Assembly (NCBI GenBank): GCA_965213925.1
Contig: OZ243927.1
Coordinates: forward strand, 3,968,001-4,032,000
Direction: 5' to 3'
DNA length: 64,000 bases
Source: Trueperaceae bacterium
GTDB lineage: Bacteria > Deinococcota > Deinococci > Deinococcales > Trueperaceae
The notes under the pieces were generated by a model. It saw nothing but the letters and a program-made list of their open reading frames with translations. It was not told the origin of the DNA and made no database searches. Position 1 is the first letter of the stretch. Each line of letters opens with the position of its first letter. Positions 28,464-38,751 of this stretch are shown here, one piece after another. The position numbers were made by a program, and so were the translations under genes.

Positions 28464-28960
28464 GGTTTGATCCTTATCGTCACGCGCTCACCTGCGGCTA
28501 CGTCGCTCAGTGAATAGACCTGCCCGGCGTGAACGATGCGGTGATCCACCTCTTCGTAGCCGACTCTAAGCGCGTAGGCATTACCGATCACAGGCTCGTC
28601 GATATCTCTAATCCAGTAGCCGTGCGCGTCGTCGGACTCGAGCCGCCCCCGCCCCGGAATGTGCCCTAGCCCCGCGTCGAAAGAAGGCGTATGAGAATCC
28701 GTCAGCATCATTTGTCCCTCCCTATAAGCGTAGTAATCGCTGACTGTAATACCGGTGACGGAGTGGTTCCACAAAAGGTGCCAGGTGGTGTCTTCTGCTA
28801 GGTCGAGTTGTAAAAGGGTGACTTTTTGGGTTGCCCCTTGTGGCGTGACCTCTTGTTGAATGACCTCGAGATAGGGCGCAGCCAGCGTTAAACTGAAAAC
28901 CGCAAAGAGGAAGAGCAGAACACTCTTCCTCAATATCATCCCTAATCTATCACGCTTCAT
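28460..28960 (-). CDS. DUF1850-like protein
   Basis: WNHSV and SFDAGLG motifs; lies between TAXI receptor and permease. Confidence 0.75.
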   Translation of the reverse strand: MKRDRLGMILRKSVLLFLFAVFSLTLAAPYLEVIQQEVTPQGATQKVTLLQLDLAEDTTWHLLWNHSVTGITVSDYYAYREGQMMLTDSHTPSFDAGLGHIPGRGRLESDDAHGYWIRDIDEPVIGNAYALRVGYEEVDHRIVHAGQVYSLSDVAAGERVTIRIKP

Positions 28961-29923
28961 CTAGCCTGGCGGCATCAACTCTTGCGGCACCTCTTGCCCT
29001 GTCTCCTGGTAGTAGCGCGCCGCGCCAGGGTGAAAGGGAATGGGCGTCGCGTCTAAGCTAAACTCGATAGTCGTATTGTTCGCCGCTGGGTGAATCGCGA
29101 TGAGTTCGTCCACGTGGTCGTACATCGCTTGGGTCATCTGATAGGCCAACTCTTCGTCCATGTCCGCGTTGACGATCAAGACGTTCGGCGTGCTGATGGT
29201 CGTCACGTCCTCGTCTTGACCCGGATAGGTGCCGGCGGGTAGCGTGTAGGACGCGAAGACGGGCTCTTCCTCCTGCGCGGCGCTGATCTCCTCTTCGGAG
29301 AGGGAGATGATCGTGACATCCCTCGTCGTCGCCAAGTCAAGAATCGAACTCGTGGGCGGTCCGACGCTCCAGAAACCCGCGTCGATCTGACCGTCACGCA
29401 GAGCGTTCGCGGTCTCGTTGAAGTTCAAGCGGCGCTCGTCGATGTCGTCATAGGTGATGCCGTTGGCGTTCAGAATCGTTTCGGCGGAGAGTTCGGTGCC
29501 GCTCCCCGGTGCGCCTACCGAGACGCGCATACCCTCTAGGTCCGCTAAGGAGGCGATGCCCGAATCCGCGAGCGTCACGATCTGCACGGCGTTCGGGTAG
29601 ATGGAGCTTAGGGCGCGTAGATTATCGACCTGTCGCCCTTCGAAGTCGCCGGTGCCTTCGTACGCGGCGAGCACCGTGTCGGCGAGGGCTAAGGCCATGT
29701 CCGAGTCACCCCGAAAGACCAGCCCGACGTTCTCGACGGACGCGCCCGTGACCTCCGCCACCGCGTCGTAACCGTCGATATACTTGTTGACCAACTCGGC
29801 TAAGCCGCCGCCGTAAGGGTAGTAGACGCCGCCCGTGCCGCCCGTCGCGATGGACAAGCTTCCTTGAGCGAACGCGCCGCTTAGAGCGAGGGCTAGAAGC
29901 GACATAATGAACCGCAAGCGCAT
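28961..29923 (-). CDS. TAXI family TRAP solute receptor
   Basis: IATGGTGGVYYPYGG, GAPGSGTE, PFHPGA; RBS GAAGGAGG before ATG 29923. Confidence 0.95.
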   Translation of the reverse strand: MRLRFIMSLLALALSGAFAQGSLSIATGGTGGVYYPYGGGLAELVNKYIDGYDAVAEVTGASVENVGLVFRGDSDMALALADTVLAAYEGTGDFEGRQVDNLRALSSIYPNAVQIVTLADSGIASLADLEGMRVSVGAPGSGTELSAETILNANGITYDDIDERRLNFNETANALRDGQIDAGFWSVGPPTSSILDLATTRDVTIISLSEEEISAAQEEEPVFASYTLPAGTYPGQDEDVTTISTPNVLIVNADMDEELAYQMTQAMYDHVDELIAIHPAANNTTIEFSLDATPIPFHPGAARYYQETGQEVPQELMPPG

Positions 29924-30112
29924 ATGTTCCTCCTTCAAATTGGTGTAAGGCTCACTATAGCAGATTGGCGCGAAAGGCGTCTTCATCATTACGTACAACA
30001 ATTCCATCGCCCGTTGCTACGCCACTGGTTGCGTCCATGTCTATTCGCATCCGCTTGTATGTGGAGTTTAGAACGTTCAGAAGCGGCTCGAGCACCCGTA
30101 CGCCTCACCCTT

Positions 30113-30733
30113 CTACACCTCGCGAATTCTCACACCTTCCAGTACCGTTTGAATAACCCGCCTCGCGTAAGCTTCGTCTAAGGGCGCATGTTCCAAGAGG
30201 AGCCGATACCAGGCTGCCCCAAGCATCATGTCAATGAGCGCGTCTTCATCGGCGCTTTTGCGCAGCTCGCCGCGCCGCTTGGCTCGCGCCAGCACGTTGC
30301 GAAGAGGTCCGCGCCAGTAGACGTGAAGCTGCGCGTAGGTTTTCAGAAAATCCGCGTCGAGTTGCGCCTCAGCCATGAGGGTTTTGTTCGCCAGAGCCGT
30401 CCCCCGGTCATACGCCTCGTTGAGCTTGAACACGGGCAGTAAGATAGCCTCTAGGTCACGCGCCACCTCGCCCGTGTCGGGTTCGGGTACGCGCACGTCG
30501 CTCGCCGCTATGTACGCCTCTAAGACAAGCTCGGCCTTGCCCTTCCACCAGCGGTAGATGGTCTGCTTGCCCACGCCCGCATGGGCCGCGATTCCTTCGA
30601 TAGTGAGATTTTTGTAACCTCCCTCTTCTAAAAGTTCGGTGGTCGCCTCCAGAATTGCCCGGTGCGACTTAGTATTGCGGCGTTTGATGTCGGGTTCCGT
30701 ATGATTTTTCTTTACTGTTTCCTCGCTCGACAT
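30113..30733 (-). CDS. TetR family regulator
   Basis: LTIEGIAAHAGVGKQTIYRWW. Confidence 0.93.
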   Translation of the reverse strand: MSSEETVKKNHTEPDIKRRNTKSHRAILEATTELLEEGGYKNLTIEGIAAHAGVGKQTIYRWWKGKAELVLEAYIAASDVRVPEPDTGEVARDLEAILLPVFKLNEAYDRGTALANKTLMAEAQLDADFLKTYAQLHVYWRGPLRNVLARAKRRGELRKSADEDALIDMMLGAAWYRLLLEHAPLDEAYARRVIQTVLEGVRIREV

Positions 30734-30748
30734 AAAACAGTGTACCTC

Positions 30749-30806
30749 TTGACAAGACGCTGCGTCTCGTCTATAGTCATTTTATTAAACGAGACGCCGC
30801 GTCTCG
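30749..30806 (+). promoter_or_regulatory. SDR promoter with two TetR-type operators
   Basis: TTGACA-17-TATAGT; palindromes CAAGACGC-T-GCGTCTCG (30753) and CGAGACGC-C-GCGTCTCG (30790). Confidence 0.75.
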
Positions 30807-30824
30807 CTTAGAAAGGAGAAGCTG

Positions 30825-31544
30825 ATGAAAGAGGTCGCACTCGTTACCGGGGCAAGTCATGGGATTGGGTTGGAGGCTGTTCGGCAGCTCTCTCAAAAGG
30901 GGATGACGGTCATTCTTACAGCTAGGAACGAGGAGACAGGGCGGGCGGCGGTGCAAGAACTCACGGGTGAGGGGCTGGGGGTGCACTTCCTCCGGCTCGA
31001 CGTGTCGGAGAACGCGAGTGTGGAGAACGCCGTTAGCAAGGTCGAACAGGACTACGGAAAGTTAGACGTGCTCGTCAACAACGCCGCGGCCTTTGCCGAC
31101 TGGTCGGAGACGGCGAGCAGCGCCGACTTAGCGCACTCGCAAGCGGTCATGAACGTCAACCTCTTCGGTCCCTGGCGTGTCACCCAGGCGTTTCTGCCGC
31201 TTCTCAAAAAGAGTAAGCACGCGCGCATCGTCAACGTCTCCTCGGGCGCAGGCTCGCACGGCGAAGCTCAGTTTGGTCTCGCTGCGAGCCCGACCACCGC
31301 CAGCTACGCCGTTTCCAAAGCTGCGCTGAACGCGCTTACGGTGAAGCTCGCGGGCGAGCTTGAAGAGGTAGGAATGCGGGTCAACGCGGTAGACCCAGGT
31401 TTAACGGCGACCGCGCCCGGCATGGAGGAGATGGGCGCACGCCCTGTACCTGAAGGTGCGGCGAGCGTCGTTTGGGCGGCGACGCTGGATAAAGGTGGAC
31501 CCACAGGCGGATTCTACCGCGACGGTCAGCCGCTGCCCTGGTAG
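30825..31544 (+). CDS. Short-chain dehydrogenase/reductase
   Basis: TGASHGIG, NNAA, YAVSK. Confidence 0.93.
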   Translation: MKEVALVTGASHGIGLEAVRQLSQKGMTVILTARNEETGRAAVQELTGEGLGVHFLRLDVSENASVENAVSKVEQDYGKLDVLVNNAAAFADWSETASSADLAHSQAVMNVNLFGPWRVTQAFLPLLKKSKHARIVNVSSGAGSHGEAQFGLAASPTTASYAVSKAALNALTVKLAGELEEVGMRVNAVDPGLTATAPGMEEMGARPVPEGAASVVWAATLDKGGPTGGFYRDGQPLPW

Positions 31545-31590
31545 GCAAACAGGCTCACATCTACCACGTATTCGGTCAGCGAGGGCGCTC

Positions 31591-32274
31591 TTAGAGCCAC
31601 GGAAACCCATAAGGCTCCCGCGCCGCGTGCGCCATCACCTCGTCGTTGTCATGACCCCTCACCTGCGTCAACAGGGGGAAGTCTTCGGGCGTTACCTGAA
31701 GTTTTACAAGAGGTCGGACAGGGTTCAAGTTAGCGTAATGAGGCTCATATATCCTCCCGTGCTTTCCAAGCATATAGGGTGGTTGCCGTACAAACCCGTC
31801 CGAAGACAGCACATAGACAACGCCTTCGCGCCAAGGGTAGCGCTTCAGAACCTCTTGCGTCACCGAAAAGAAATAGTGCATCCGCGTCCAACCCTCAGCC
31901 GCTTCAAACTGCAGCGCACCGTTAAGCATTCGTAAGCGGAAGTTCACGCGGTCAATCACCGCGTAAAAAACCGCCCAGATGCCGTCACCTGCAGCGAAGA
32001 CAGCGGTCTGTTTGCTGAAGTCGTCTGGTGAATTATCGATGGGCGTGCGCGGCTCAAATAGGGCGATGTCTGGATTTCCGGTCCCATGCATGAGCAAGCC
32101 CTTTTCATCGGCGAGCCAGTTTAGAAACACCCACTTAGGAACCGGAAGAGGTAGGTTCAGCCAATCGCCTTGTCCGTTCACAATGTGCTCAGCGTAGAGG
32201 GTTTCTAGCTCGAGCCTATCCTCATCCGAAAGTTCAAATCTGGGACGCGGGAGCCAGTAGTCGGAAATCTTCAT
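31591..32274 (-). CDS. Conserved hypothetical protein
   Basis: 227-aa ORF with HGT..IALFEPR motif. Confidence 0.7.
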   Translation of the reverse strand: MKISDYWLPRPRFELSDEDRLELETLYAEHIVNGQGDWLNLPLPVPKWVFLNWLADEKGLLMHGTGNPDIALFEPRTPIDNSPDDFSKQTAVFAAGDGIWAVFYAVIDRVNFRLRMLNGALQFEAAEGWTRMHYFFSVTQEVLKRYPWREGVVYVLSSDGFVRQPPYMLGKHGRIYEPHYANLNPVRPLVKLQVTPEDFPLLTQVRGHDNDEVMAHAAREPYGFPWL

Positions 32275-32283
32275 ACTTGCAGT

Positions 32284-33066
32284 TTAAGGGGAGGGCTCGA
32301 GCGGGTTTCCATGCTGAAACTCGTAACCTAGACCTTTCAATTTTTCACTGCTGACCTCTTTGTAATCTACCTCGTGCGGCTCCACAAAGCGCGGCGGCTC
32401 AAAGCCCAACCGCTCCGCCTGCGCGGTATAGACCTCTTTGCGAGACGGATGCGCGTCAGCGCAGACGTTGAACACGCCCCGAACGTTCTCCTCGATGACT
32501 TTGACCAAGATCGAGACAACATCGTCACGGTGCACGAGATTGACACTTGCGTCTCCCCCGCTGACTTCTTTGCCCGCTAACCTCCGTCCAGGCTGCCGCC
32601 CGTAACCGTAAAGCCCGGCCAGCCGCAAAATCGTTACGTTCGGATGTTCTTGTAAAACCTCTTCCGCCGCTAAGACTGCCCGCCCCGACCTCTTATCAGG
32701 GTCTTTCGCGTCCTCTTCTGTCACGGCGCGGTTTACGTTCGGATAGACCGACGTCGAGCTTGTGAAGATGACGTGCTCAGCTTTAGCCGCGTCCAGAGCA
32801 TGTCGAATCTGCGCAGGATAGTACGTTTCGATATCGTCGCGGCGTTCGGGGGGCAAGGTGAGGACGAGCACGTCCGCCTCGAGCCACGCCTTGTTGCCCA
32901 CAAATTCCGGCTCCAACGTAGCAAGATGGGGCTCGATTCCAGCCTCTTTCAGAAGACCTAAGCGCTCAGGGGAGGTCTTAGAACCCCGCACCTCGTGACC
33001 TCTAAGCGCGAGCGCAGCCCCGAACGGCAAGCCCACCCAGCCACAGCCCAAAATCGAGACCTTCAA
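32284..33066 (-). CDS. NAD(P)-dependent epimerase/SDR (YeeZ-like)
   Basis: ILGCGWVG, SSTSVY, LRLAGLYG; TTG start overlaps the gldC stop. Confidence 0.85.
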   Translation of the reverse strand: MKVSILGCGWVGLPFGAALALRGHEVRGSKTSPERLGLLKEAGIEPHLATLEPEFVGNKAWLEADVLVLTLPPERRDDIETYYPAQIRHALDAAKAEHVIFTSSTSVYPNVNRAVTEEDAKDPDKRSGRAVLAAEEVLQEHPNVTILRLAGLYGYGRQPGRRLAGKEVSGGDASVNLVHRDDVVSILVKVIEENVRGVFNVCADAHPSRKEVYTAQAERLGFEPPRFVEPHEVDYKEVSSEKLKGLGYEFQHGNPLEPSP

Positions 33067-33425
33067 GCGCCTCGCTGCTCTTTCTGCGCCGCCTTCTCCG
33101 CAAACTCTCGCGCGAACGTTTTGATGTCCGCCATGATTTCCAAATTGTTCGTTGCGTTTTTGTAGGTATCCGCCATCGTCAGGAGCGTCTGGAAGAAGAA
33201 GTCGTTCATGTCCTCCACGGTCATCTGCTTTGTCCACAGGTCGATGCGGAGCGAGTTGCGCTCCTCCGGGTCCCAGAGCGCCAAAATCATCGCGTTCGCG
33301 CTCTGCTTGCCGTTTGTTGGCGCGTCGGTCGCTTGCCAGTCGATCGTCTCGATATTGTCCTCGTCGTCACGGCGCACGCGCAGGCGGATGTTGGCTTCTT
33401 TGCTGACTTTTTTAGTTTGGCTCAT
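33063..33425 (-). CDS. gldC: GldC-family protein
   Basis: LWD....SLRIDLWTKQMTVEDM..FFFQTLLTMADTY..AT signature. Confidence 0.8.
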   Translation of the reverse strand: MSQTKKVSKEANIRLRVRRDDEDNIETIDWQATDAPTNGKQSANAMILALWDPEERNSLRIDLWTKQMTVEDMNDFFFQTLLTMADTYKNATNNLEIMADIKTFAREFAEKAAQKEQRGA

Positions 33426-33533
33426 TGCCGCATCATACGTGTAAGCGGTTGGTGTGGCGGACGTGTAGCCTACTCACGAGGTTGTGAAACTTGCACGCGC
33501 AGGCGGGCGTCAAGAGGTTTAGCCTATTTGCAG

Positions 33534-33848
33534 ATGAGCAACACAACGACAAAACTCTCTCCGAGCTTGAAATGGCATCTGGGAATCTGTGGTTTCTATG
33601 CACTCGTAAGCATCTTTACAACATCACCGCACGGGCTTTTTGGCTCGCTGTTTGTAGCTCTATTCGGCGGGTCAATCGTGGCGACCAGTCTTATCTTGTT
33701 AGCGACCGCAGTCCTTCTGTCACATCTTTCGTCACGAAGGATAAACGTTGCAACCGTAGTTTTAGTACATGTCGCCAATCTCGTCTTAGGTGTTCTGCTC
33801 GGAGGTCACGTTTATCTCTATGAATTTCTAAGCGATATTTCGCCCTAG
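33534..33848 (+). CDS. Small membrane protein
   Basis: 104 aa, three hydrophobic segments. Confidence 0.55.
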   Translation: MSNTTTKLSPSLKWHLGICGFYALVSIFTTSPHGLFGSLFVALFGGSIVATSLILLATAVLLSHLSSRRINVATVVLVHVANLVLGVLLGGHVYLYEFLSDISP

Positions 33849-33895
33849 TGATACCGCGCCAGCGCGACTAAAAATACCGCTTGCTCATCTGCAAA

Positions 33896-35584
33896 TCACT
33901 CGAGTCTCAAACTCACCCTTACTACTCCCGCTCTCTCATGCCGCGCCGTCAACCTGACCTCTCCCCCATCCGGCGCGTGAACGACCCACTCGAGCTTCAC
34001 CCTCTCCTGCGTCTCATCCGCACTGAAAAAGGGATTAGGCGTGGAGGGTTTATAGGCGCGTCCTTCTAGCTGACCTCTTTCTTCTCTCTTTTTACCAGAG
34101 ATGAGGCTCGAGCCTTCCGGCAGCTCAATCTCCGCCACCACGCCGCGCACGACTCTGTTCTCGAGCGCCTTTTTCGTTACATACGTCGGTAGCCAACCTG
34201 TATTGTGAAGGACGAGTTTGATGCGGTAGTGGTCGTTGCCGAGAGGTTCGCTGCTTGCTTCGAATAGCTCCAACTTAGGTGAAATCAAGAGGTGCCAGAT
34301 AACCCAATTGGGGAAGCGCTCGAGTTCCCGTTCCAATAACTGCGGCGGCGGATTCCGAAATGCGTAGAGCATGTTCCACCCACCGAGTTCGACCTCGCCG
34401 AGTTGCGGATGCTCATATTTGTACCAGTCCACATATCCTTCACCGCCGAGAACGTCATCATTCCACTTTAAGAGTTTAAGGTCATCCTCCACCGGATGCT
34501 CGCGGTACCACTCGATAAACTTACGCCCTTTGATCCCCGCTTCCACCTGCGGGCTCCACATCTCTACCGTCCAGCCGAAGACGCCCAAGTGGTCGAACAT
34601 CCAGTCATCGAACGCGCCCGTCATGACCTCTTTAGGGTGATAGCGAAAGTCGTGGTAGACCGAGACGTTCGGGTAGCCGGTGAGTTCTGTACCCTTTTGC
34701 CCGATTTTCTTGAACGTCCAGAGGTCTTCGGCGGGCATCGCCTCGTCGGGCTGATGCGACGACGGACGCAACAAAACGCCGCCATGCGTATGAAAGCTGA
34801 TGCCGCCCGTGATGTTCGGGTGCTTTGCCACAAAATCCACCACGTTGCGCACCTCCGGTTCCGAGGTCGGGTAGAGACCTGCACCCTTCTGCTTCCCCTC
34901 TTGCCGCCACTCGGAGGGGAAGTTGCGGTTGAGGTCTAAGCCTTCTTTGATAGGTTTCATCTCGAGCGTCGTACCGTCGTAATTTTCCAGCGTCCCTTCG
35001 GGCAGCACGCGGTAGTACGTCCCGCCCGTTTCTGCTGGTTCACGTCGTACCAACAAGCGTGAGTCGTGCTCCGAAATCTTCCAGGGTCCGTTCTCATCTC
35101 TAAAACGCATCATCAACATTCGCCCGTCGCCGTCCACGTCCTCACGCACTAAACCGCTCAGTGCGTCCTCGTCGTAAGGATAAGGGCGGGTGGAGGAGCG
35201 GATGATTTTGGGCTGGTCGGCGAGCGCCCACTCCGCGCCGTCGGGGTTGACACGGGGGCAGAGGTAGAGGGTGCGGGTGTCGAGGCAGCGGGTGATGTCC
35301 TCATCAATGCCGTAGCCGTTCGTGAGCGTGTGCAAGAGGTAGAGGCACGCCATCGAGGGTGAGACTTCGGTGGCGTGGATGTTGCCGTCTACCCATAAGG
35401 CGGGTTTCTCTCGAGCTTCACCTGTTTCTATATTTGTGAGCGTGAGGAGCCACACGTCGCGCCCTTCGTAGCTCTTGCCGATGCTTTCTATCTGAACGAG
35501 GTTTGGGTATTCGTCGGCGTAGGCGTGGAGGAGGCTCGAGAGGTCGTCATAGCGGTAGTAGGTGTCGAAGTGGGGGGTGGGCAT
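33896..35584 (-). CDS. M14 zinc carboxypeptidase
   Basis: GNIHATE, NPDG, DLNRNF, SFHT. Confidence 0.92.
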   Translation of the reverse strand: MPTPHFDTYYRYDDLSSLLHAYADEYPNLVQIESIGKSYEGRDVWLLTLTNIETGEAREKPALWVDGNIHATEVSPSMACLYLLHTLTNGYGIDEDITRCLDTRTLYLCPRVNPDGAEWALADQPKIIRSSTRPYPYDEDALSGLVREDVDGDGRMLMMRFRDENGPWKISEHDSRLLVRREPAETGGTYYRVLPEGTLENYDGTTLEMKPIKEGLDLNRNFPSEWRQEGKQKGAGLYPTSEPEVRNVVDFVAKHPNITGGISFHTHGGVLLRPSSHQPDEAMPAEDLWTFKKIGQKGTELTGYPNVSVYHDFRYHPKEVMTGAFDDWMFDHLGVFGWTVEMWSPQVEAGIKGRKFIEWYREHPVEDDLKLLKWNDDVLGGEGYVDWYKYEHPQLGEVELGGWNMLYAFRNPPPQLLERELERFPNWVIWHLLISPKLELFEASSEPLGNDHYRIKLVLHNTGWLPTYVTKKALENRVVRGVVAEIELPEGSSLISGKKREERGQLEGRAYKPSTPNPFFSADETQERVKLEWVVHAPDGGEVRLTARHERAGVVRVSLRLE

Positions 35585-35634
35585 GGGGTCTATCCTAACA
35601 ACGTCCGGTGAGCTTACTGTCTTAGAATAAGTAC

Positions 35635-36648
35635 ATGAAATTCAGCTTTATCTACATCGACGATTACGGCAACACTGGAAACCGAATGGATGATCCTGAT
35701 CAGCCTATCTTTATGCTTACTGGTCTTGTCGTTCCATCTGACAACTTGAACCGGCTCGAGTATGAGGTTATGAAAGCAACTCTTGAGCTAAGAGATTTAG
35801 CAGATAAACCAGCAGAAAAGATGTTTGAATACCCTGATTTTGAACTGCATGGACAAGACCTTTTTTCGAGAAGAAATAAAGCCTTATCTGGCGTGCCCAT
35901 AGAAGCGCGTACAGAAATGGTTCTGCGCTTAGCTAAAGTAACAGTACGTTTAGGAGGAAAGATAGTTTCAACTTTTGTAGATAAAGCGAAACTCCTTCAG
36001 GCAAGAGAAGATTTAGTAGATAGTCATGTTTCTGAAGATATTGAGAATGCGAAATCCGAATTAAAAGAGAGGGGGATTCCCTACGACGATGACAAGCTCG
36101 CTAAAGTTTATCAGGAAACGCACCGACAAACATATACGCCCTATGTGGTTGGTTACTCCACTTTGCTAGTTCCCTTAAACGATCTTCTTCAAAAGCAGAA
36201 CCGATTTGGCGTTCTCATCGTAGATCAACAAAACCAGTTTAAGAGTGTCCATTACTTGAACTCTACAAGGGCGTTGAGACTCAGTGCTCAGAAAGATAAA
36301 ACCTTAACTTTTGCAAGAATTATTGAACAGCCTTTACAGGGCGATGGTAAATCTAATCCCTTACTTCAATTGGCTGATGTTTTCGGCTATATTGTTGGAC
36401 GGCAAATTAAAGCAGAAATGCAAGGCAGGTCTGCACACGATATGTATCAGCCAGTTCTTGATATATTGGACCGCGTAAGTAGTATTAAGAATGCGGAAGG
36501 CTACTGGCAGGATAAGAGGGTTCATGCAGTTTCTGAAGACCTCGCCCAACATATTCTCAAACACAAAATGCCAGCAATTATATCAATAGGTATGACAAAA
36601 GAAATCGTTGAGGGTCTGGACTTTCAAAGAAAAGGCGAGGAGCACTAG
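35635..36648 (+). CDS. DUF3800 family (RNase H-like) protein, AT-rich
   Basis: IYIDDYGNTG, FELH, LLQLADV. Confidence 0.75.
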   Translation: MKFSFIYIDDYGNTGNRMDDPDQPIFMLTGLVVPSDNLNRLEYEVMKATLELRDLADKPAEKMFEYPDFELHGQDLFSRRNKALSGVPIEARTEMVLRLAKVTVRLGGKIVSTFVDKAKLLQAREDLVDSHVSEDIENAKSELKERGIPYDDDKLAKVYQETHRQTYTPYVVGYSTLLVPLNDLLQKQNRFGVLIVDQQNQFKSVHYLNSTRALRLSAQKDKTLTFARIIEQPLQGDGKSNPLLQLADVFGYIVGRQIKAEMQGRSAHDMYQPVLDILDRVSSIKNAEGYWQDKRVHAVSEDLAQHILKHKMPAIISIGMTKEIVEGLDFQRKGEEH

Positions 36649-36836
36649 TGACTAGTTGGAGCTGCTAAGGGCAACTCTCTGCTCCACGCTACTTCATAAG
36701 TTTAGCAAATTACCGTGTCCGCTAGAGAGCTTTCGCTACATTAAATAATTCACGGTAAGTGTGCTTACCTGTTGGGGCTTTTTGCTACGGGCAAGGGTGG
36801 CTCGAGCGATTACACTACAGTAACAAGGAGAACCCT

Positions 36837-38174
36837 GTGACTCCCTCTCACGCTGGACCCAAAACCTACCCCCTAGTCGGCAGCGTCCCCGAACTGCTCA
36901 AAGACCCCTTCGCCTATTTCTTCGGCGCACAGCGCGAATTCGGTGACGTTTTTCCCTACCGCATCGGACCGCGCCGACTCTACTTCGTCGCGCATCCGCT
37001 CGACATCAAACACGTCCTGTTGGACAACTATAAAAACTACCGCAAGCACAGCGCCTACGACAAGATCAAACCGCTCGTCGGTGAGGGTCTCCTGACGAGT
37101 GAAGGTGAGACGTGGCTCGCGAACCGCCGCTTGGCTCAAAGCGTCTTTCACCGGCAGCGTATCGCGGGCTTCGGGCAGCTTATGACGGACGAGACCGAAG
37201 CGATGTTAACCCGCTGGGAGCACTCCCAAGCTGACGCCTTCGACGTCGCCGCTGAGATGATGCGCTTGACTCTCACCGTGGTCGGCAAAGCGCTCTTTAG
37301 CACCGATTTGAGCCTCGAGGCGCAAGAGATAGGCGAAGCGCTGAATTTCGCTTTAGAGGAGACCAACCGCCGCAACCTCGCCCCGTTTAGCTTGCCGCCG
37401 AGCTTACCGACGCCGAACAACCTGCGCTATCAGAAAGCAATTGGGGTGTTAGACGACGTGGTCTATGGACTCATCGAGGAGCGCCGCCGTTCGGATAAAG
37501 ATGAGGGGGACCTCCTCTCGATGCTCCTAGACGCGCAAGACGCCGACACGGGCGAGCGTATGAGCGACAAACAACTGCGCGACGAGGCGATGACCCTTTT
37601 TTTAGCGGGACACGAGACCTCAGCCACCGCGCTCAGTTGGACGTTTTACTTGCTGTCTAAGCATCCAGCGGTTAGACGTGAACTGCTGAGAGAGTTTGAC
37701 CAGACCTTAGAGGGGCGCGTCGCTACCGTAGCTGACGTGCCTAAGCTGCGCTACACGCGCCAAGTCGTCGATGAAGCCTTGCGGCTCTATCCACCCGCCT
37801 GGATTATCGGACGGCACACTTTAGCAACAGACCGCTTGCCGAGCGGCGCAACTTTAGACGCAGACACGGACGTCTCGATCAGCCCCTATGTGACCCACCG
37901 CCACCCGGATTTTTGGACGAATCCCGAAGGTTTTGACCCTGAGCGCTTTGCGCCGGAGCGCCCAGAGCAGCACCGCTTCGCCTATTTTCCTTTTGGAGCC
38001 GGACCGCGCATCTGTATCGGCAACAACTTCGCTCTTTTAGAGATGGTATTGACATTGGCAACAGTGTCGCAGCGTTGCACTTTAGAGCTTGTTGAGGGTG
38101 AGCAGGGCAAGATGCAACCCAAGATTACGCTGCGTCCGAAAGAGGGAATCAGGGTTAGGTTGAGGGCAAGGTAA
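36837..38174 (+). CDS. Cytochrome P450
   Basis: AGHET, EALR, PERF, FGAGPRICIG; RBS AAGGAG before GTG 36837. Confidence 0.96.
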   Translation: MTPSHAGPKTYPLVGSVPELLKDPFAYFFGAQREFGDVFPYRIGPRRLYFVAHPLDIKHVLLDNYKNYRKHSAYDKIKPLVGEGLLTSEGETWLANRRLAQSVFHRQRIAGFGQLMTDETEAMLTRWEHSQADAFDVAAEMMRLTLTVVGKALFSTDLSLEAQEIGEALNFALEETNRRNLAPFSLPPSLPTPNNLRYQKAIGVLDDVVYGLIEERRRSDKDEGDLLSMLLDAQDADTGERMSDKQLRDEAMTLFLAGHETSATALSWTFYLLSKHPAVRRELLREFDQTLEGRVATVADVPKLRYTRQVVDEALRLYPPAWIIGRHTLATDRLPSGATLDADTDVSISPYVTHRHPDFWTNPEGFDPERFAPERPEQHRFAYFPFGAGPRICIGNNFALLEMVLTLATVSQRCTLELVEGEQGKMQPKITLRPKEGIRVRLRAR

Positions 38175-38200
38175 GCGCGGCGTAGACCGCTAAGGACAGC

Positions 38201-38713
38201 TCAGCACGTCCATCTGTACAAATAGCTAAGCCCGTACTGGTCCCTAACCTCACCATAGCGCTCTAACCCCAACCGCTCGAGCACCCGAATCGAAGGCACA
38301 TTATCCGGTCTCACCGACGCGACGATCTTGTCGTAATCCAAGAGGGTGCAGCCAGTTTTGAGTGCTACTTTTCCCAGCTCTGTCGCGTAACCTTGACCCT
38401 ACGCCGCTGGGCTAAACCTGAAGTAGAGGTTAGGCAACATCTCACCGTCAACCTCTTTAGGCGAAAGTCCGCCGAAGCCTAGAATTTCAGATGAATCTTT
38501 TTTAAGGACGGTCCAGTAGCCGAAGCCGTACGCATCCCATAGGTCGAGCCAGTGCTCCAACATGGCTCGGCTTTGGTCAAGAGAGGTGTGCGCACCCGTA
38601 GGGTTAAAAGCGTTGGTTTTAGGATCGCTGTGAATAGCGAAGAGGACGTTTAAGTCTTCGTAGATTGGTTTGCGGAGGAGTAGACACTCAGTCGGAACAT
38701 AGCGGTAATTCAT
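38201..38713 (-). pseudogene. RimJ/RimL-type GNAT acetyltransferase with internal TAG (38399-38401)
   Basis: Reads SPAA*GQGYATE...DNVPSIRVLERLG in frame past the stop; ends at TGA 38201. Confidence 0.85.
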
Positions 38714-38751
38714 TGTGATCTTTGCTCCAACCTGCCATCACCGAATCAACG

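Noticed and set aside
15962..38401. Amber recoding suggested by two in-frame TAGs (15962, 38399)
   Set aside because: Many intact genes here end in TAG (cas2, TAXI receptor, SDR, AKR), and no suppressor or pyl genes are seen.
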